Assembly: GCA_021129515.1 (NCBI GenBank)
Contig: JAJOLD010000001.1
Location: 61,633-125,632 of the forward strand
Direction: 5' to 3'
From: Minisyncoccota bacterium
Lineage (GTDB): Bacteria; Patescibacteriota; Minisyncoccia; Phycocordibacterales; UBA918
DNA length: 64,000 nt
Shown one piece after another: positions 37,017 to 47,268 of this stretch. Positions within the stretch are counted from its first letter, which is position 1; every line of letters starts with the position of its first letter. A model generated the notes under the pieces. The model searched no databases. It was not told the origin of the DNA and saw only the letters and a program-made list of their open reading frames with translations. Both the position numbers and the translations under genes were made by a program.

Positions 37017-38120
37017 TTAGCATGCTGTACGCCGTTGGTAGCGTGACACACTGAGAATAATACCCACCGCAGTAAGCGTCGCCAACAACGCAGTTCCACC
37101 ATGACTAATAAACGGCAACGGCAATCCCGACAACGGTGCCAGCGCAAGCATGGCAGCAATATTGAGAAAGGCTTGTACCAATATTAGTGTTATGAAGCCA
37201 ACAACAAGCAACATACCAAAGAGATCTTTTGCATGCGAAGCAATACGGTAGCCTCTAAAACCAAGTACCGTAAAGAGCATAATGAGCACCACACTTCCTA
37301 TAAATCCAAACTCTTCCGCATACACGGCAAACACGGAGTCTCCGATAGGCTCTGGAAGATACTCAAATTTTTGAATACTTTGTCCAAAACCACGTCCCAC
37401 CGCACCACCTGAACCAACGGCAATGAGTGATTGATGTATCTGATAACTCGACCCCTGCGGATCAATGGTGGGATCAAAAAAGGTAGTAATTCTGTCCATG
37501 ATGTATGGTCTGGAAAATGCCAATGCAGCAATAAGCACGACACCGGCAAGCACCATTAAACACACATCACGCAGTCGCCCTCCTGCGGTAATAAACATTG
37601 CCACACCTGCGGCACACATAATTGCGTACGTATCTGTATCGGGCTGCAAGAGCATCACCACCCCTACTAACGCAGTAATACCAACAAACGGCAAGGTACC
37701 CCGCACAAACTTCTTCACGTGTGTGTGCATACCAGAGAGCCAGGTTGCCATATAAATCACAAAGGCTATTTTAAGGAATTCTGCCGGTTGAAATGAAAAA
37801 CCACCGAGCAAAATCCACCGCTTGGCACCACCATGACTCATGCCGAGCCCCGGAATAAACACCAAAAGTGTTAGCAGGAGTGCCCCAACAAATATATAAA
37901 AGGCATATTTTCTCCAAAAACGGTAATGCATGGAACTGGTAATAAAAAGCGCAATAGACCCACCGACAATACCGAACAGTCCGTGATTCAACGCAACCGA
38001 AGAAAACCGTGCACCCGAACGCGAGAGCAGCCCGAGTGACGCAGATGAAAATATAAAGAATCCCATGACCACGAGTATGATTACAATCGTGAGGAGTGTT
38101 CTATCAATTTTTTTAGGCAT
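37017..38120 (-). CDS. ftsW: FtsW/RodA/SpoVE (SEDS) family protein
   Basis: About 10 TM helices, SEDS motifs; start MPKKIDR at 38120. Confidence 0.85.
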   Translation of the reverse strand: MPKKIDRTLLTIVIILVVMGFFIFSSASLGLLSRSGARFSSVALNHGLFGIVGGSIALFITSSMHYRFWRKYAFYIFVGALLLTLLVFIPGLGMSHGGAKRWILLGGFSFQPAEFLKIAFVIYMATWLSGMHTHVKKFVRGTLPFVGITALVGVVMLLQPDTDTYAIMCAAGVAMFITAGGRLRDVCLMVLAGVVLIAALAFSRPYIMDRITTFFDPTIDPQGSSYQIHQSLIAVGSGGAVGRGFGQSIQKFEYLPEPIGDSVFAVYAEEFGFIGSVVLIMLFTVLGFRGYRIASHAKDLFGMLLVVGFITLILVQAFLNIAAMLALAPLSGLPLPFISHGGTALLATLTAVGIILSVSRYQRRTAC

Positions 38121-38121
38121 A

Positions 38122-39195
38122 TCAAAAAACAACTGACAAAATAACACCAATGAGTGCAAACACAAATCCAAGAATCCAGTAGCGCATCGTTACCTTTTCT
38201 GCAGGCCAACCGATTGCCTCAAAATGATGATGTATGGGTGCAATATGAAATATTTTTTTGCCCCGTACTTTTTTAGAGAGTACCTGGAGCACATCTGAAG
38301 CAACGGTAAGCACGAGCAAAATACCAATGACCGGAAGAAGTGAGACCCCCTCTCCACCAGCAATGCTGTCGGTCATAAAGGCAACGATGGTGAGAGTCAT
38401 CGTGAGCGCCATGATACCTGTTTCAGTCATGTAGAAACGTGCAGGCGGCACGTTGAACCATAAAAATGCAAGGATGCCGCCCACAATAGTGGCACAGTAT
38501 GCAGCGAGGTCTACCTGATTCTGCAGCAACGCAATACCTGCATACGCAGAGAAAATAAACATAAACGTGCCACCTGAAAGCCCATCGAGCCCATCAATGA
38601 CACTACTTGCATAGATACCCACTGCCACGAGCACAAAAAACGGTATGAAATATATACCGAGATCAAGTGGTCCATGTCCAATAAGCGTGACAGTTGACAC
38701 CTCTAGTTTTTCATAAAACCACCATGCTGAAAAACTCGCAGTGGCAGCAACAACCATAAGACGATGTGAAAGCGGAATACCACCCGCAAAGTGAGTACCA
38801 CTGCCCCGCACCACAACCAAATCATCCACAAAGCCGACCACAGCACCGATCAGCAATGCAAAGAGTGGCAGCCACGTCTGTGAACGACTCAGAAAATCAA
38901 GTGAAGCAAGAAATGAGTTGGGGAAGATAAATTGTAGAATCCAAATCACAAAAATGGTCAGCAGTACACTCATCCAAATCACGATACCGCCCATTCGTGG
39001 TGTATTTGTATCTTTTTCTTTGTGCAGCGCATCAAAGAGCGGTGTATTTCCTCCCCCATAGCCAGTCCCCTTACCCGCTTTCTTCTTCCACATTTTATGT
39101 TTGTAGAGGTAGTGCGTGACGAGCGGTGTGATAAGCATCCCAATACCAAAGGCCACAGCCGTTGGTGCAAATACTTTGATAATGACACTTTCCAT
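38122..39195 (-). CDS. mraY: Phospho-N-acetylmuramoyl-pentapeptide transferase MraY
   Basis: Polytopic; conserved DD/ NVPPARFYMTETG-type motifs; start MESVIIKV at 39195. Confidence 0.9.
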   Translation of the reverse strand: MESVIIKVFAPTAVAFGIGMLITPLVTHYLYKHKMWKKKAGKGTGYGGGNTPLFDALHKEKDTNTPRMGGIVIWMSVLLTIFVIWILQFIFPNSFLASLDFLSRSQTWLPLFALLIGAVVGFVDDLVVVRGSGTHFAGGIPLSHRLMVVAATASFSAWWFYEKLEVSTVTLIGHGPLDLGIYFIPFFVLVAVGIYASSVIDGLDGLSGGTFMFIFSAYAGIALLQNQVDLAAYCATIVGGILAFLWFNVPPARFYMTETGIMALTMTLTIVAFMTDSIAGGEGVSLLPVIGILLVLTVASDVLQVLSKKVRGKKIFHIAPIHHHFEAIGWPAEKVTMRYWILGFVFALIGVILSVVF

Positions 39196-39202
39196 ACAAT
39201 AC

Positions 39203-40300
39203 TTATTGCACGAGCTGTGCACGAGCTGCACGGGTTAATGCTAATACATCACGAAACCTTCCCTCACGTGAAGAACCAAGGACCGAAACAATAATCGGTC
39301 GATTAAGCCCTGCATCAAATGCCACTACCAGATTCCCACCAGCAAGGGTTGTATAGCCTGTTTTGGAGGCAATTAATCCAGGGATTGCTTCTGTATACGC
39401 ATTGGTGTTTTGTGCCGCATGTGCAGCCCCACTATCATTTGCAATATGCGTAAAATCCTCACGCGTGCTCTCAAGCAATGACGGATAGGTAGTAATAATA
39501 TGCTCCATCAAAAAGGTGACATCACGGGCCGACCCGTACGCACCACTCTGTGTCTCCGACACATCAAGTCCTGTAGTGTTATAGAACCGTGTTTGTGAGA
39601 GTCCAATATCCTCGGCACGGATATTCATCGCGCGCACAAATGTCTGCTCAGCATTGCGATCAGGAAAGAGCGACGCACCCGCAGCCGCTGCCAAGGCATA
39701 CGCACCATCATTTGATGAAGTAATCAACGTGAGATCGGTCAAATTTTGCATACTAAATGTCTCCCCACCAAGCAGACCGCTATCACCATCCTGATGCAGT
39801 GCTTCAGTCGTGATTTCCACAGCGTCAGTGCCTTCTAGCAATTCATATGCAACCATCGCCGTCATCAGCTTTGTAATGGACGCAAGCGGGAGTTTTGTGT
39901 CAGCGTCCTTGTTGTAGAGTACCCGCTGTTCGCGCACATCCCATACATATGCTGATTGTGCTTCAAGATACACTTCAGCAAACATATCAGTCTCCACTGA
40001 CTCCTCAGGAACGACTACATGGTCAACACGAGCGGCAGGCACTGCTGCAGGTGCATGGTGCTGTTCTGCAGGCATGTTTTTTTCTTTTTGTGCAAGGACG
40101 GATAGTACATCATCAATATACGAAGTGCCAAAAATAAGCAAGAGTATACCGAGCGTAATACCCAACTGCTGCACAACAGGGATCCGTGTTTCTGTATCGT
40201 GCAGCACAGCATTCACATCAAAATCCTCAGCAGCATCTGGTGCATCTGCTTTAGCGATAGTTGTATCTACCTCAATGTCCGGAAGTGGTTCTGTACTCAT
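39203..40300 (-). CDS. Serine-type D-Ala-D-Ala carboxypeptidase (S11/PBP5-like)
   Basis: SITK (SxxK), SSND (SxN), KTGYT (KTG) motifs. Confidence 0.8.
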   Translation of the reverse strand: MSTEPLPDIEVDTTIAKADAPDAAEDFDVNAVLHDTETRIPVVQQLGITLGILLLIFGTSYIDDVLSVLAQKEKNMPAEQHHAPAAVPAARVDHVVVPEESVETDMFAEVYLEAQSAYVWDVREQRVLYNKDADTKLPLASITKLMTAMVAYELLEGTDAVEITTEALHQDGDSGLLGGETFSMQNLTDLTLITSSNDGAYALAAAAGASLFPDRNAEQTFVRAMNIRAEDIGLSQTRFYNTTGLDVSETQSGAYGSARDVTFLMEHIITTYPSLLESTREDFTHIANDSGAAHAAQNTNAYTEAIPGLIASKTGYTTLAGGNLVVAFDAGLNRPIIVSVLGSSREGRFRDVLALTRAARAQLVQ

Positions 40301-40306
40301 ACGTTT

Positions 40307-40864
40307 CTATTGTGGTGCCTTTTCTGCGTCTTCAGATTCTTTCTGACTCGCTTCAAATGCATCCAATGCATTCAGAATGTCCTCATATTGCGGAAGTTCT
40401 TCTTTTTTTGCAATACCCAAATGACCAAGCAGTGTTGGCGTCACAGTGTATTGAAAAGTCAGCTTTCCTTTTACGTTGACCCGCTCAATGAGTCCTCGAA
40501 TCAAAAGATTTCGTAAGATAAAACTTGAGTTCACACCCCGAATTTTATCAATCTCTGCTCGTGCAACAGGTCCGCGATACAGGATAATAGCAAGCGTTTC
40601 AGCGCCCGCTTTACCAATCGTCTTAGACAATTCGTCTTTGCGCAACCCCTCAATAAGGTCACTCAATTCTGGTGCGGTCGTGAGCTGCACTTCGGTATCG
40701 GTACGCACAAGGCGTGTTGCCCCCGCCTGCAAGCGTGTTTCAAGTGCCGTGAGTGCTTCACGAACGGTCTCTTCTTGCTCCTCAAAAAAAGCCGCAAGCG
40801 TCTTTATTTTCATAGGTTCTGTTTTATAAAACAAAACACCCTCAATTTGTTGCTCAAGGCTCAT
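40307..40864 (-). CDS. scpB: Segregation and condensation protein B
   Basis: IEGVLF, paired winged-helix architecture. Confidence 0.85.
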   Translation of the reverse strand: MSLEQQIEGVLFYKTEPMKIKTLAAFFEEQEETVREALTALETRLQAGATRLVRTDTEVQLTTAPELSDLIEGLRKDELSKTIGKAGAETLAIILYRGPVARAEIDKIRGVNSSFILRNLLIRGLIERVNVKGKLTFQYTVTPTLLGHLGIAKKEELPQYEDILNALDAFEASQKESEDAEKAPQ

Positions 40865-40916
40865 ACCTGTAGTATACCAGCAAAAACCATTATTTTAAGC
40901 GGTATACACACCCTGC

Positions 40917-40953
40917 ATACACCACTTGGGGTTTTAACCCCCAAGTGGTGTAT
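40917..40953. repeat. Perfect 15-bp-stem hairpin in the scpA-scpB spacer (GGGG...CCCC core)
   Basis: ATACACCACTTGGGGttttaacCCCCAAGTGGTGTAT. Confidence 0.6.
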
Positions 40954-40989
40954 ATACTCATACTACATACTTATACGAAATACTTGCTG

Positions 40990-41760
40990 CTAGATATAGC
41001 GTGGCACCTGATTACTTTCCCGTTCAATTTGAATATCTGAAAAGCGCGCATGTTGCTTCACAAGGACATTGCCCTGCTTTACCATTTCAAGTACTGCCAA
41101 AAATCCCACAATCACCGTAGTAGGTTCTTGCGAGTGCCCGGTAAATTCTTTAAATCCAAAACGCAATTGCCGTTCAACACGCTGCTTTAATCTATCAATC
41201 ATTTCTTCCAAAGACACCACCGGACGAACCCGAACCTTTTGCCTTACTTCTTTCTTTGGGAGTTTTGCAATCACCTCTTGTATCGCAGTCGCAAGCATAT
41301 CGGTTTCGGTAAACTTGTCGGTTACAAAAAGTGGTTCGCTATAGGGCGCATATGTTTTCTTATACGCAATCTGTTTTCCAAAGCGATCTGCAACTATGTT
41401 ACCTGCATCTCTGAAAATCTGGTACTGCTTCAGGCGATCTTGCAGGTCCTCAATACTCTCTTCCTCTTCACTGGTGAGTGAGAGTACGGGAAGTAGTGAC
41501 TTTGATTTAATCAAAAGGAGTGTTGACGCAAGCGCAACAAAGCGCGTGGTTTCTTTAAGCGGATTACGCTCCATTTCAGCGACGTGCGCAATATAGTCAT
41601 CAGTGACCGTTGCAAGTGAGATGTCGTTTACGAGGAGCTTACGCTTTTCAATAAGTTCAATCAGCAACTCCAAAGGCCCCGAAAACACTTCGGTTTGCAC
41701 AGCAAAATCAGTCACTGATGTAGGGTGCTCTACGTCCTGCATGTCTGTATAGTATAGCAC
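40990..41760 (-). CDS. scpA: Segregation and condensation protein A
   Basis: FSGPLELLIELIEKRKL N-terminal motif. Confidence 0.85.
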   Translation of the reverse strand: MLYYTDMQDVEHPTSVTDFAVQTEVFSGPLELLIELIEKRKLLVNDISLATVTDDYIAHVAEMERNPLKETTRFVALASTLLLIKSKSLLPVLSLTSEEEESIEDLQDRLKQYQIFRDAGNIVADRFGKQIAYKKTYAPYSEPLFVTDKFTETDMLATAIQEVIAKLPKKEVRQKVRVRPVVSLEEMIDRLKQRVERQLRFGFKEFTGHSQEPTTVIVGFLAVLEMVKQGNVLVKQHARFSDIQIERESNQVPRYI

Positions 41761-41796
41761 CCTTATTTCAAGGCTGTATTTTGGTTATACACCATT

Positions 41797-41830
41797 AAAA
41801 ACAACTAGGTCTGATTCAGTTGTTTTTGTA
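41797..41830. terminator. Bidirectional terminator
   Basis: aaaaACAACTaggtctgattcAGTTGTtttt. Confidence 0.7.
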
Positions 41831-41837
41831 GATTTTT

Positions 41838-43265
41838 TTAATATTGTTCCAAAAATCGAACCAGGAGTCGGACCGGTTCTCCGGTTGCGCCTTTTGCGAG
41901 TTTGTCTGAGGGAACAGCATCCATACGTGGCGCCATATCGATATGTGCCCAAGGCACATCCTTCGGCGCAAAGTGTGAGAGAAACGTCCCACCTTCGATA
42001 CAGCCACCCCATCGAGAAAAATTTGGTGCCATATTTGCAATGTCCGCCCGCGTACTCTTCAGGTGTGCTTTGTATTCATCCCAGAGCGGCAGTGGCCACG
42101 TGTAATCGCCACTTTCCTCACCGAGCTCTTTGAGCTTCGCTTCAAGCTTCGCATCTTTAGTCATGCAGGCGCTTGCGTGTTGACCGAGTGCTACAAGTGA
42201 TGCCCCGGTCAGTGTTGCAACATCGAGCATAACACGTGGATTGTACTTTGTTACGTATGAGATACCGTCAGCGAGCACCAAGCGCCCCTCAGCGTCGGTG
42301 TGAATGACCTCAATGGTTTTTCCTGCATGTGAACCAATAATATCGCCTGCGCGCATTGAGCGGTCTGAAATAGAGTTTTCAGCAGCAGGGACAACTGCCA
42401 CAATGTTTTTCTTAAGTCCCAGCTTTGCAGCACATACAATACTCGCAATAACTGCTGCACCCCCCGACATATCGAGGTGCATCTCATGCATAGCGCCTGC
42501 TGGTTTTACATTAAGCCCACCTGAATCATAGGTAATGCCTTTCCCAACAAGCGCAATAGGCTGCTTCTTTTTGTCTTTTGTTCCTTTGGTTGGCTTTCCT
42601 GCGCCGTAGTACTCCATGAGAATAAAGCACGGAAGGTCGTCAGCTCCTTTCCCCACTGCCCAGAGTGCTGGGAAGTCTTTCTTTACCTTTTTGTGGTCAA
42701 AGATGGTGACTTTCACACCCGTTCCTCGTGCAAGTTTTTGTGTGGTTTTGCCGAGGATTGACGGCGTCATGTCGTCACCCGTGGTATTGGCAATATCACG
42801 TGCCTGGTTGGTGTACTCGCCGACGGTGCGTCCTTCGGTAAATGCTTTTTTCTCCTTTGGGCTCATGCTGCCACAAACAAGTACTTCTGTAAGTTTTTTC
42901 TGCTTGGCAGTACTCGTTTTGTACTTCGTGAACTCATACGCTGCAATAGTGAGATTCTCTGCGAGTGTACGCATCATCCAGGTATCACCATGCTCTGCAA
43001 GTTTCGGGAATACTGTGTTTGAGAGTTGCAGTGCAAGATGTTCTATCTGGTGGCTCTGTGCTGCCTGCACAATGGTCCGCACAAAGATGATAAACCCGCG
43101 TGGTGTCATATCCTTCCACTTCCCTGCACCCAGACGGTACTCAAGTGTGCCGTCCTTGCACTCAACAAGACGATGTACACTTGGTGCGTCTTCGGTTACA
43201 ACAAGCCGACAGTACTTCTTGTGCGCACCGGAAATATCCTTAGTCGTTGTCTTTATCTTCGTCAT
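41838..43265 (-). CDS. pepA: Leucyl aminopeptidase (M17)
   Basis: NTDAEGRL-type HTDAEGRLVLADG and VGKGITYDSGG motifs. Confidence 0.85.
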   Translation of the reverse strand: MTKIKTTTKDISGAHKKYCRLVVTEDAPSVHRLVECKDGTLEYRLGAGKWKDMTPRGFIIFVRTIVQAAQSHQIEHLALQLSNTVFPKLAEHGDTWMMRTLAENLTIAAYEFTKYKTSTAKQKKLTEVLVCGSMSPKEKKAFTEGRTVGEYTNQARDIANTTGDDMTPSILGKTTQKLARGTGVKVTIFDHKKVKKDFPALWAVGKGADDLPCFILMEYYGAGKPTKGTKDKKKQPIALVGKGITYDSGGLNVKPAGAMHEMHLDMSGGAAVIASIVCAAKLGLKKNIVAVVPAAENSISDRSMRAGDIIGSHAGKTIEVIHTDAEGRLVLADGISYVTKYNPRVMLDVATLTGASLVALGQHASACMTKDAKLEAKLKELGEESGDYTWPLPLWDEYKAHLKSTRADIANMAPNFSRWGGCIEGGTFLSHFAPKDVPWAHIDMAPRMDAVPSDKLAKGATGEPVRLLVRFLEQY

Positions 43266-44601
43266 TATCTTTAGTCTTAGAGAGTAATGTATCGATACGG
43301 TTAATATCGCGCGGGAAGTACGTTGCTTCCTTTACATTGTGTACACCCGTGAATTTTTGGGTGAGTCGTTCAAGACCGAGCCCAATACCGCCGTGTGGAG
43401 GCATGCCGTGTTTGAAGGCTTGGAGATAGTAGTCAAATTTTTCTGGCTCAAGCCCTTTTTCTTCAAGTCGAGCCACCACGTCATCGTACTTGTGGACACG
43501 CTGACTTCCTGAACACATCTCGAGTCCACGGAAGAGGAGGTCAAAGCTGCGGGTGAACTTGGGATCTTCAGGCTCTATATAGGTATAGAATGGTCGCTTG
43601 CTCGTTGGGAAATGTGTGACGAATACAAAATCTGAGTCAAGATTTTTGTTTACATACTCACAGAGAAATCGTTCATCTTCTGGTTCTAGGTCTGGTTCAT
43701 TGGTCTTGTCAACGCCTGTTTCTTTAAGGATGAGCTCTTGCGCTTCGCGAAGTGTAAACACGGGGAATGCCTCGGGAGCTTTTGCCGGTTCCATCTCAAG
43801 AAGCGTGAGTTCGTCCGCGCATTCAGTCGCAACAGCATCTGCAACAGCACGCATGAGTTTTGTGGTCATATCCATCACATCGGTATGGTCTTTAATGAAT
43901 CCCATCTCGAAATCAAGCATGGCGATTTCGCTGAGGTGGCGTGAGGTGGCACTTCGTTCTGCACGGAAGGTAGTACCAGTTGCAAACACGCGTTCGAATA
44001 CACCGACGAGGATTTGTTTGTAGAGTTGTGGGCTGGTTGCAAGGAACGCGTCTTGGTCGTTGAAGTACTCTACCTTAAACACTTCCGCACCTCCTTCAGC
44101 ATCTCCTCCGACAAGCTTTGGTGTTTGAAACTCAGTAAACCCTTCTCCAGCAAGGAATGAACGGAATGTGTTTACTATTGTGTGCTGTACTTTAAAAATT
44201 GCTTGCTCATGCTCACGGCGAAGCGTGATTGGTCGATAGTCAAGGAGTGTGTCGATAGTGAGCTCACTCTCAAGATCAAAGGGCAGTGCATGTGCTTCGT
44301 TGAGGACTTCGATACCAGTGATTTCAATTTCAATATCACCATTTTGCACATCTGCTTTGCGCATGTTTTCTGGTCGTTCGTTGACCACTCCCGTAATAGC
44401 AACCACCCATTCGGCCTTAAGTGTCTTTGCCACCTCAAGCACTTCGGGTTTCCCAAAGACCACCCCCTGCACTTTCCCCGTGCGGTCACGAAAGTCGAAG
44501 AACGCCATCTTTCCTTGATTGCGTTCAGTGTCTACCCAACATTGAATAGTCACTTCCTTTCCTGTATGTTCCGACAAATCTGTAATCAATATTCTCTCCA
44601 T
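43240..44601 (-). CDS. aspS: Aspartyl-tRNA synthetase (short, archaeal/type-2-like length)
   Basis: Class II motifs FRAE...RH, GGIGLGLERL; TSPQLYKQ (the AspRS QSPQ signature). ATG at 44601 has an AAGAAAAGG SD. Confidence 0.85.
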   Translation of the reverse strand: MERILITDLSEHTGKEVTIQCWVDTERNQGKMAFFDFRDRTGKVQGVVFGKPEVLEVAKTLKAEWVVAITGVVNERPENMRKADVQNGDIEIEITGIEVLNEAHALPFDLESELTIDTLLDYRPITLRREHEQAIFKVQHTIVNTFRSFLAGEGFTEFQTPKLVGGDAEGGAEVFKVEYFNDQDAFLATSPQLYKQILVGVFERVFATGTTFRAERSATSRHLSEIAMLDFEMGFIKDHTDVMDMTTKLMRAVADAVATECADELTLLEMEPAKAPEAFPVFTLREAQELILKETGVDKTNEPDLEPEDERFLCEYVNKNLDSDFVFVTHFPTSKRPFYTYIEPEDPKFTRSFDLLFRGLEMCSGSQRVHKYDDVVARLEEKGLEPEKFDYYLQAFKHGMPPHGGIGLGLERLTQKFTGVHNVKEATYFPRDINRIDTLLSKTKDNDEDKDND

Positions 44602-44617
44602 ACCTTTTCTTGTTACG

Positions 44618-44636
44618 TACAAGGTCCGACCTTGTA
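44618..44636. repeat. Diverged family-C-like palindrome (TACAAGGTC-c-GACCTTGTA) between the T-box terminator and the aspS RBS
   Basis: 9-bp perfect arms; shares the GGTC.GACC core with the RAYT-2 flanking palindromes. Confidence 0.5.
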
Positions 44637-44639
44637 GAT

Positions 44640-44990
44640 TTAATAGTGAATAAAAAACACCCCTACAAACAAACCATAACCCTTAAGGAATGATGTGTTT
44701 GTAGGGGCGCTCGTGGCGCGGTGCCACCCTACGTTCTCCAACCGTATGCAAAGCACATGGTATAGGACTTCATTGTGCGTGTGTCGTACGCGAACGGAGG
44801 GTTCTACTCAATGGGCAACGTTGTATTGACTGCGACATCCAGCAATTTGCTTTAGGTAAGAAGCAAATTGGGATGAAAATTCGCAATAGTCGCGTACGCT
44901 CGTTTACTCATTTTTCCTCCCTCACCTCAGCAGAGTTAGCTGCATCATAGGTGTAGCATCAATACTAGGATGAGCGCTACAATTTGTCAA
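44640..44990 (-). ncRNA. Putative T-box riboswitch leader of aspS, including its promoter and terminator
   Basis: Minus strand: TTGACA-17-TAGTAT promoter (44990-44962); T-box sequence UAGGGUGGCACCGCG (complement of 44717-44730); terminator hairpin CCCCUACAAACA...UGUUUGUAGGGG followed by a U-run (44707-44652). Confidence 0.6.
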
Positions 44991-44995
44991 AGTGT

Positions 44996-46000
44996 TTAGA
45001 ATGTAATGCCAATAGCTTCTCGCACACGAGCAAGTTGTTGGTGCGATACTTCGCGCGCCTTAGTTACCCCTATTTCGAGCACCTGCTCAATATCAGCATC
45101 AGAGATGTTTTTATAATTTTCTCGCATTGGGGCAACCACAGCTTCGATATCTGCGACAAGTGCTTTCTTGAGGTCTCCGTAGCGTCCTTCATGTTCTGTA
45201 TAGAGCGTTTCAAGTTCTGCTTCATCCTTAAATAGTTTGTGGATGGCATATACGTTCTCAGGGCGCTTCCCTTCAGAGTCGGTTACGATACCCATCACGG
45301 CTTTGCTGATTTCTTCTTCTGACCCAAAGAGTGGGATAGTGTTTTTGTAACTCTTACTCATTTTTGCGCCATCAGTACCAGGCACCACACCAACAGCTTT
45401 GAGAATAAGCTCTTTTGGTTCTTTTAGTGTTCCACCGTAGGTATTGTTAAATTTGGTTGCGGCTTCGCGGGTGTATTCGAGGTGCTGCCGTTGATCTTCT
45501 CCTACCGGTACCACATCAGCATTATAGAGCATGATGTCTGCCGCCATAAGCATTGGGTAGGTAAAGAGTCCTGCATTTGCTTCAAGACCTTTTGCAACCT
45601 TATCTTTATAGGCATGTGCTTGCATCAAAAAGGGCACGGTCACCAGACAATTAAGGATCCATGCAAGTTCCATATGGTCTTGATTATCTGATTGTCGAAA
45701 TAGGGTTACCTTTTCTGAGTCTATCCCTGCTGCAAGGTAGGTGCGCACAATGTCATATATATTGGCACGAAGTGCCTCTTTGTCGCGAATAGACGTGAGC
45801 GCATGATAGTCAGCAACCATGAGGAAGCTCTCATATTCCTCATACATATCCTGAAATGGCTTGAGTGACCCAAAGTAGTTCCCAATATGAAGCGTGCCTG
45901 AAGGTTGGAGACCAGTGAGTAACACTTGCTTCTTTTGCTCGCTTGGAAGAACGATACTATCATCTCGCTCGGAAGTAAGTAATCGTGTTTTCTGTGACAT
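44996..46000 (-). CDS. trpS: Tryptophanyl-tRNA synthetase
   Basis: GLQPSGTLHIGNY (HIGH-like) and KMSKS. Confidence 0.9.
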   Translation of the reverse strand: MSQKTRLLTSERDDSIVLPSEQKKQVLLTGLQPSGTLHIGNYFGSLKPFQDMYEEYESFLMVADYHALTSIRDKEALRANIYDIVRTYLAAGIDSEKVTLFRQSDNQDHMELAWILNCLVTVPFLMQAHAYKDKVAKGLEANAGLFTYPMLMAADIMLYNADVVPVGEDQRQHLEYTREAATKFNNTYGGTLKEPKELILKAVGVVPGTDGAKMSKSYKNTIPLFGSEEEISKAVMGIVTDSEGKRPENVYAIHKLFKDEAELETLYTEHEGRYGDLKKALVADIEAVVAPMRENYKNISDADIEQVLEIGVTKAREVSHQQLARVREAIGITF

Positions 46001-46018
46001 ATAGGAATAGTAGCAAAG

Positions 46019-46053
46019 ACGCCGCGGAAATGCTATGCATTTCCGCGGCGTCG
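46019..46053. repeat. Perfect 16-bp-stem hairpin downstream of the histidine kinase gene
   Basis: GACGCCGCGGAAATGCtatGCATTTCCGCGGCGTC. Confidence 0.6.
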
Positions 46054-46073
46054 TGCGTATAACACCACTTCCC

Positions 46074-47252
46074 TTATACCGTTGGCATTTCTACCGTAAA
46101 CGCAGAACCCTTTCCTTCTCCTTCTGACGTTACCGCTATCGCACCTCCCATTTCCTCAACCATCTTCTTTGCAACAAACAGTCCGAGTCCAGTGCCAGTT
46201 GTATTTATATTGTTTGCATTTTTTGCACGCACAAACTTATCAAACACATCTTCAAGTGCTGTGGCATCCATCCCCACACCGGCATCTTGTACAGTGATGC
46301 GCATCTTTTTGGTAGCGACATCGTTGTGTGCAATCACGTCAATACTTCCCTTTGGGGTGTATTTCATAGCATTATCAACAAGATTTTGAATGACCTGCCG
46401 CATTTTACCAATATCGGCATTGACCACACACGACCCATCGCAATCTGAACGATACATGAGCACCAAACCTTTCTTCACTGCAGTTGGACGCATATCATCA
46501 ACAAGTTTTTCAGTCTCCTCGGCAAGGTTAAAGTCGCTCATTTCATAGCACATATTACCTGCTTCAATCCGAGACACATTCAAATAATCCTCAATGGAGA
46601 GCGCCATAAACCTGCTCGACTCAGCAATACGCTCCACCGCCTCAGTTGATTTTTTTGAGAGTGCACCAAATGAACCTTCAAGCAGCATTGAGGTATATCC
46701 ACGAATAGCCGTAAGCGGACTCCTGAGTTGGTGCGATGCAATCGAAACAAACTCTGACTTCATCTTATCGAGCACCTTGAGCTTTTCGTCTGCCTGCGCA
46801 AGCATCGCTGCTGACTCTTTTAAAGACGCAGTATACCGTCTCGACGTCATAATAATGATGAGCGTCAAAATAGTAATCAATAGAATCAAAAAGATGATAA
46901 ATATCAAAAATGGAAGGAGTGTCTGTGTGATGATGGTGAAGAAGTCGTCAGCCTTAATATCAGTTGCAATGACTGCCGCGACCGAATAGAATGATTCGGT
47001 GTAGCTAAAGGCGAGCGCTTCCTGCAAGTGACCAATCGCAATATCTTGCAACATCTGACTCACCGCAACACCGACAGCAAACAACACCAACTTTATGCGG
47101 TATGACCACTTACTAAAGGCGGTATACCCATCTGCCATCCCAAACAGTATAAGTCCTACTACAGTGACCAAAATCGCTATCATTTGTCCTGTAGAGACAC
47201 TGTCGGTATATATCGAAAATTGTGCAAGAAGTATGGAAAGCACCAACACCAC
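46074..47252 (-). CDS. Sensor histidine kinase (no response regulator gene seen in the window)
   Basis: H-box SHQLRSPLTAIRGY; N, G1 and G2 boxes (NAMKYT, DAGVGM, GTGLGL); N-terminal TM segments. Confidence 0.85.
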   Translation of the reverse strand: MVLVLSILLAQFSIYTDSVSTGQMIAILVTVVGLILFGMADGYTAFSKWSYRIKLVLFAVGVAVSQMLQDIAIGHLQEALAFSYTESFYSVAAVIATDIKADDFFTIITQTLLPFLIFIIFLILLITILTLIIIMTSRRYTASLKESAAMLAQADEKLKVLDKMKSEFVSIASHQLRSPLTAIRGYTSMLLEGSFGALSKKSTEAVERIAESSRFMALSIEDYLNVSRIEAGNMCYEMSDFNLAEETEKLVDDMRPTAVKKGLVLMYRSDCDGSCVVNADIGKMRQVIQNLVDNAMKYTPKGSIDVIAHNDVATKKMRITVQDAGVGMDATALEDVFDKFVRAKNANNINTTGTGLGLFVAKKMVEEMGGAIAVTSEGEGKGSAFTVEMPTV

Positions 47253-47268
47253 AACACCACCATAGGTG

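Noticed and set aside
41868-41890. GGTCGGACCGG-like sequence resembling the family-C REP core
   Set aside because: It lies inside the pepA coding sequence (C-terminal ...LVRFLEQY) and is not palindromic beyond 6 bp.
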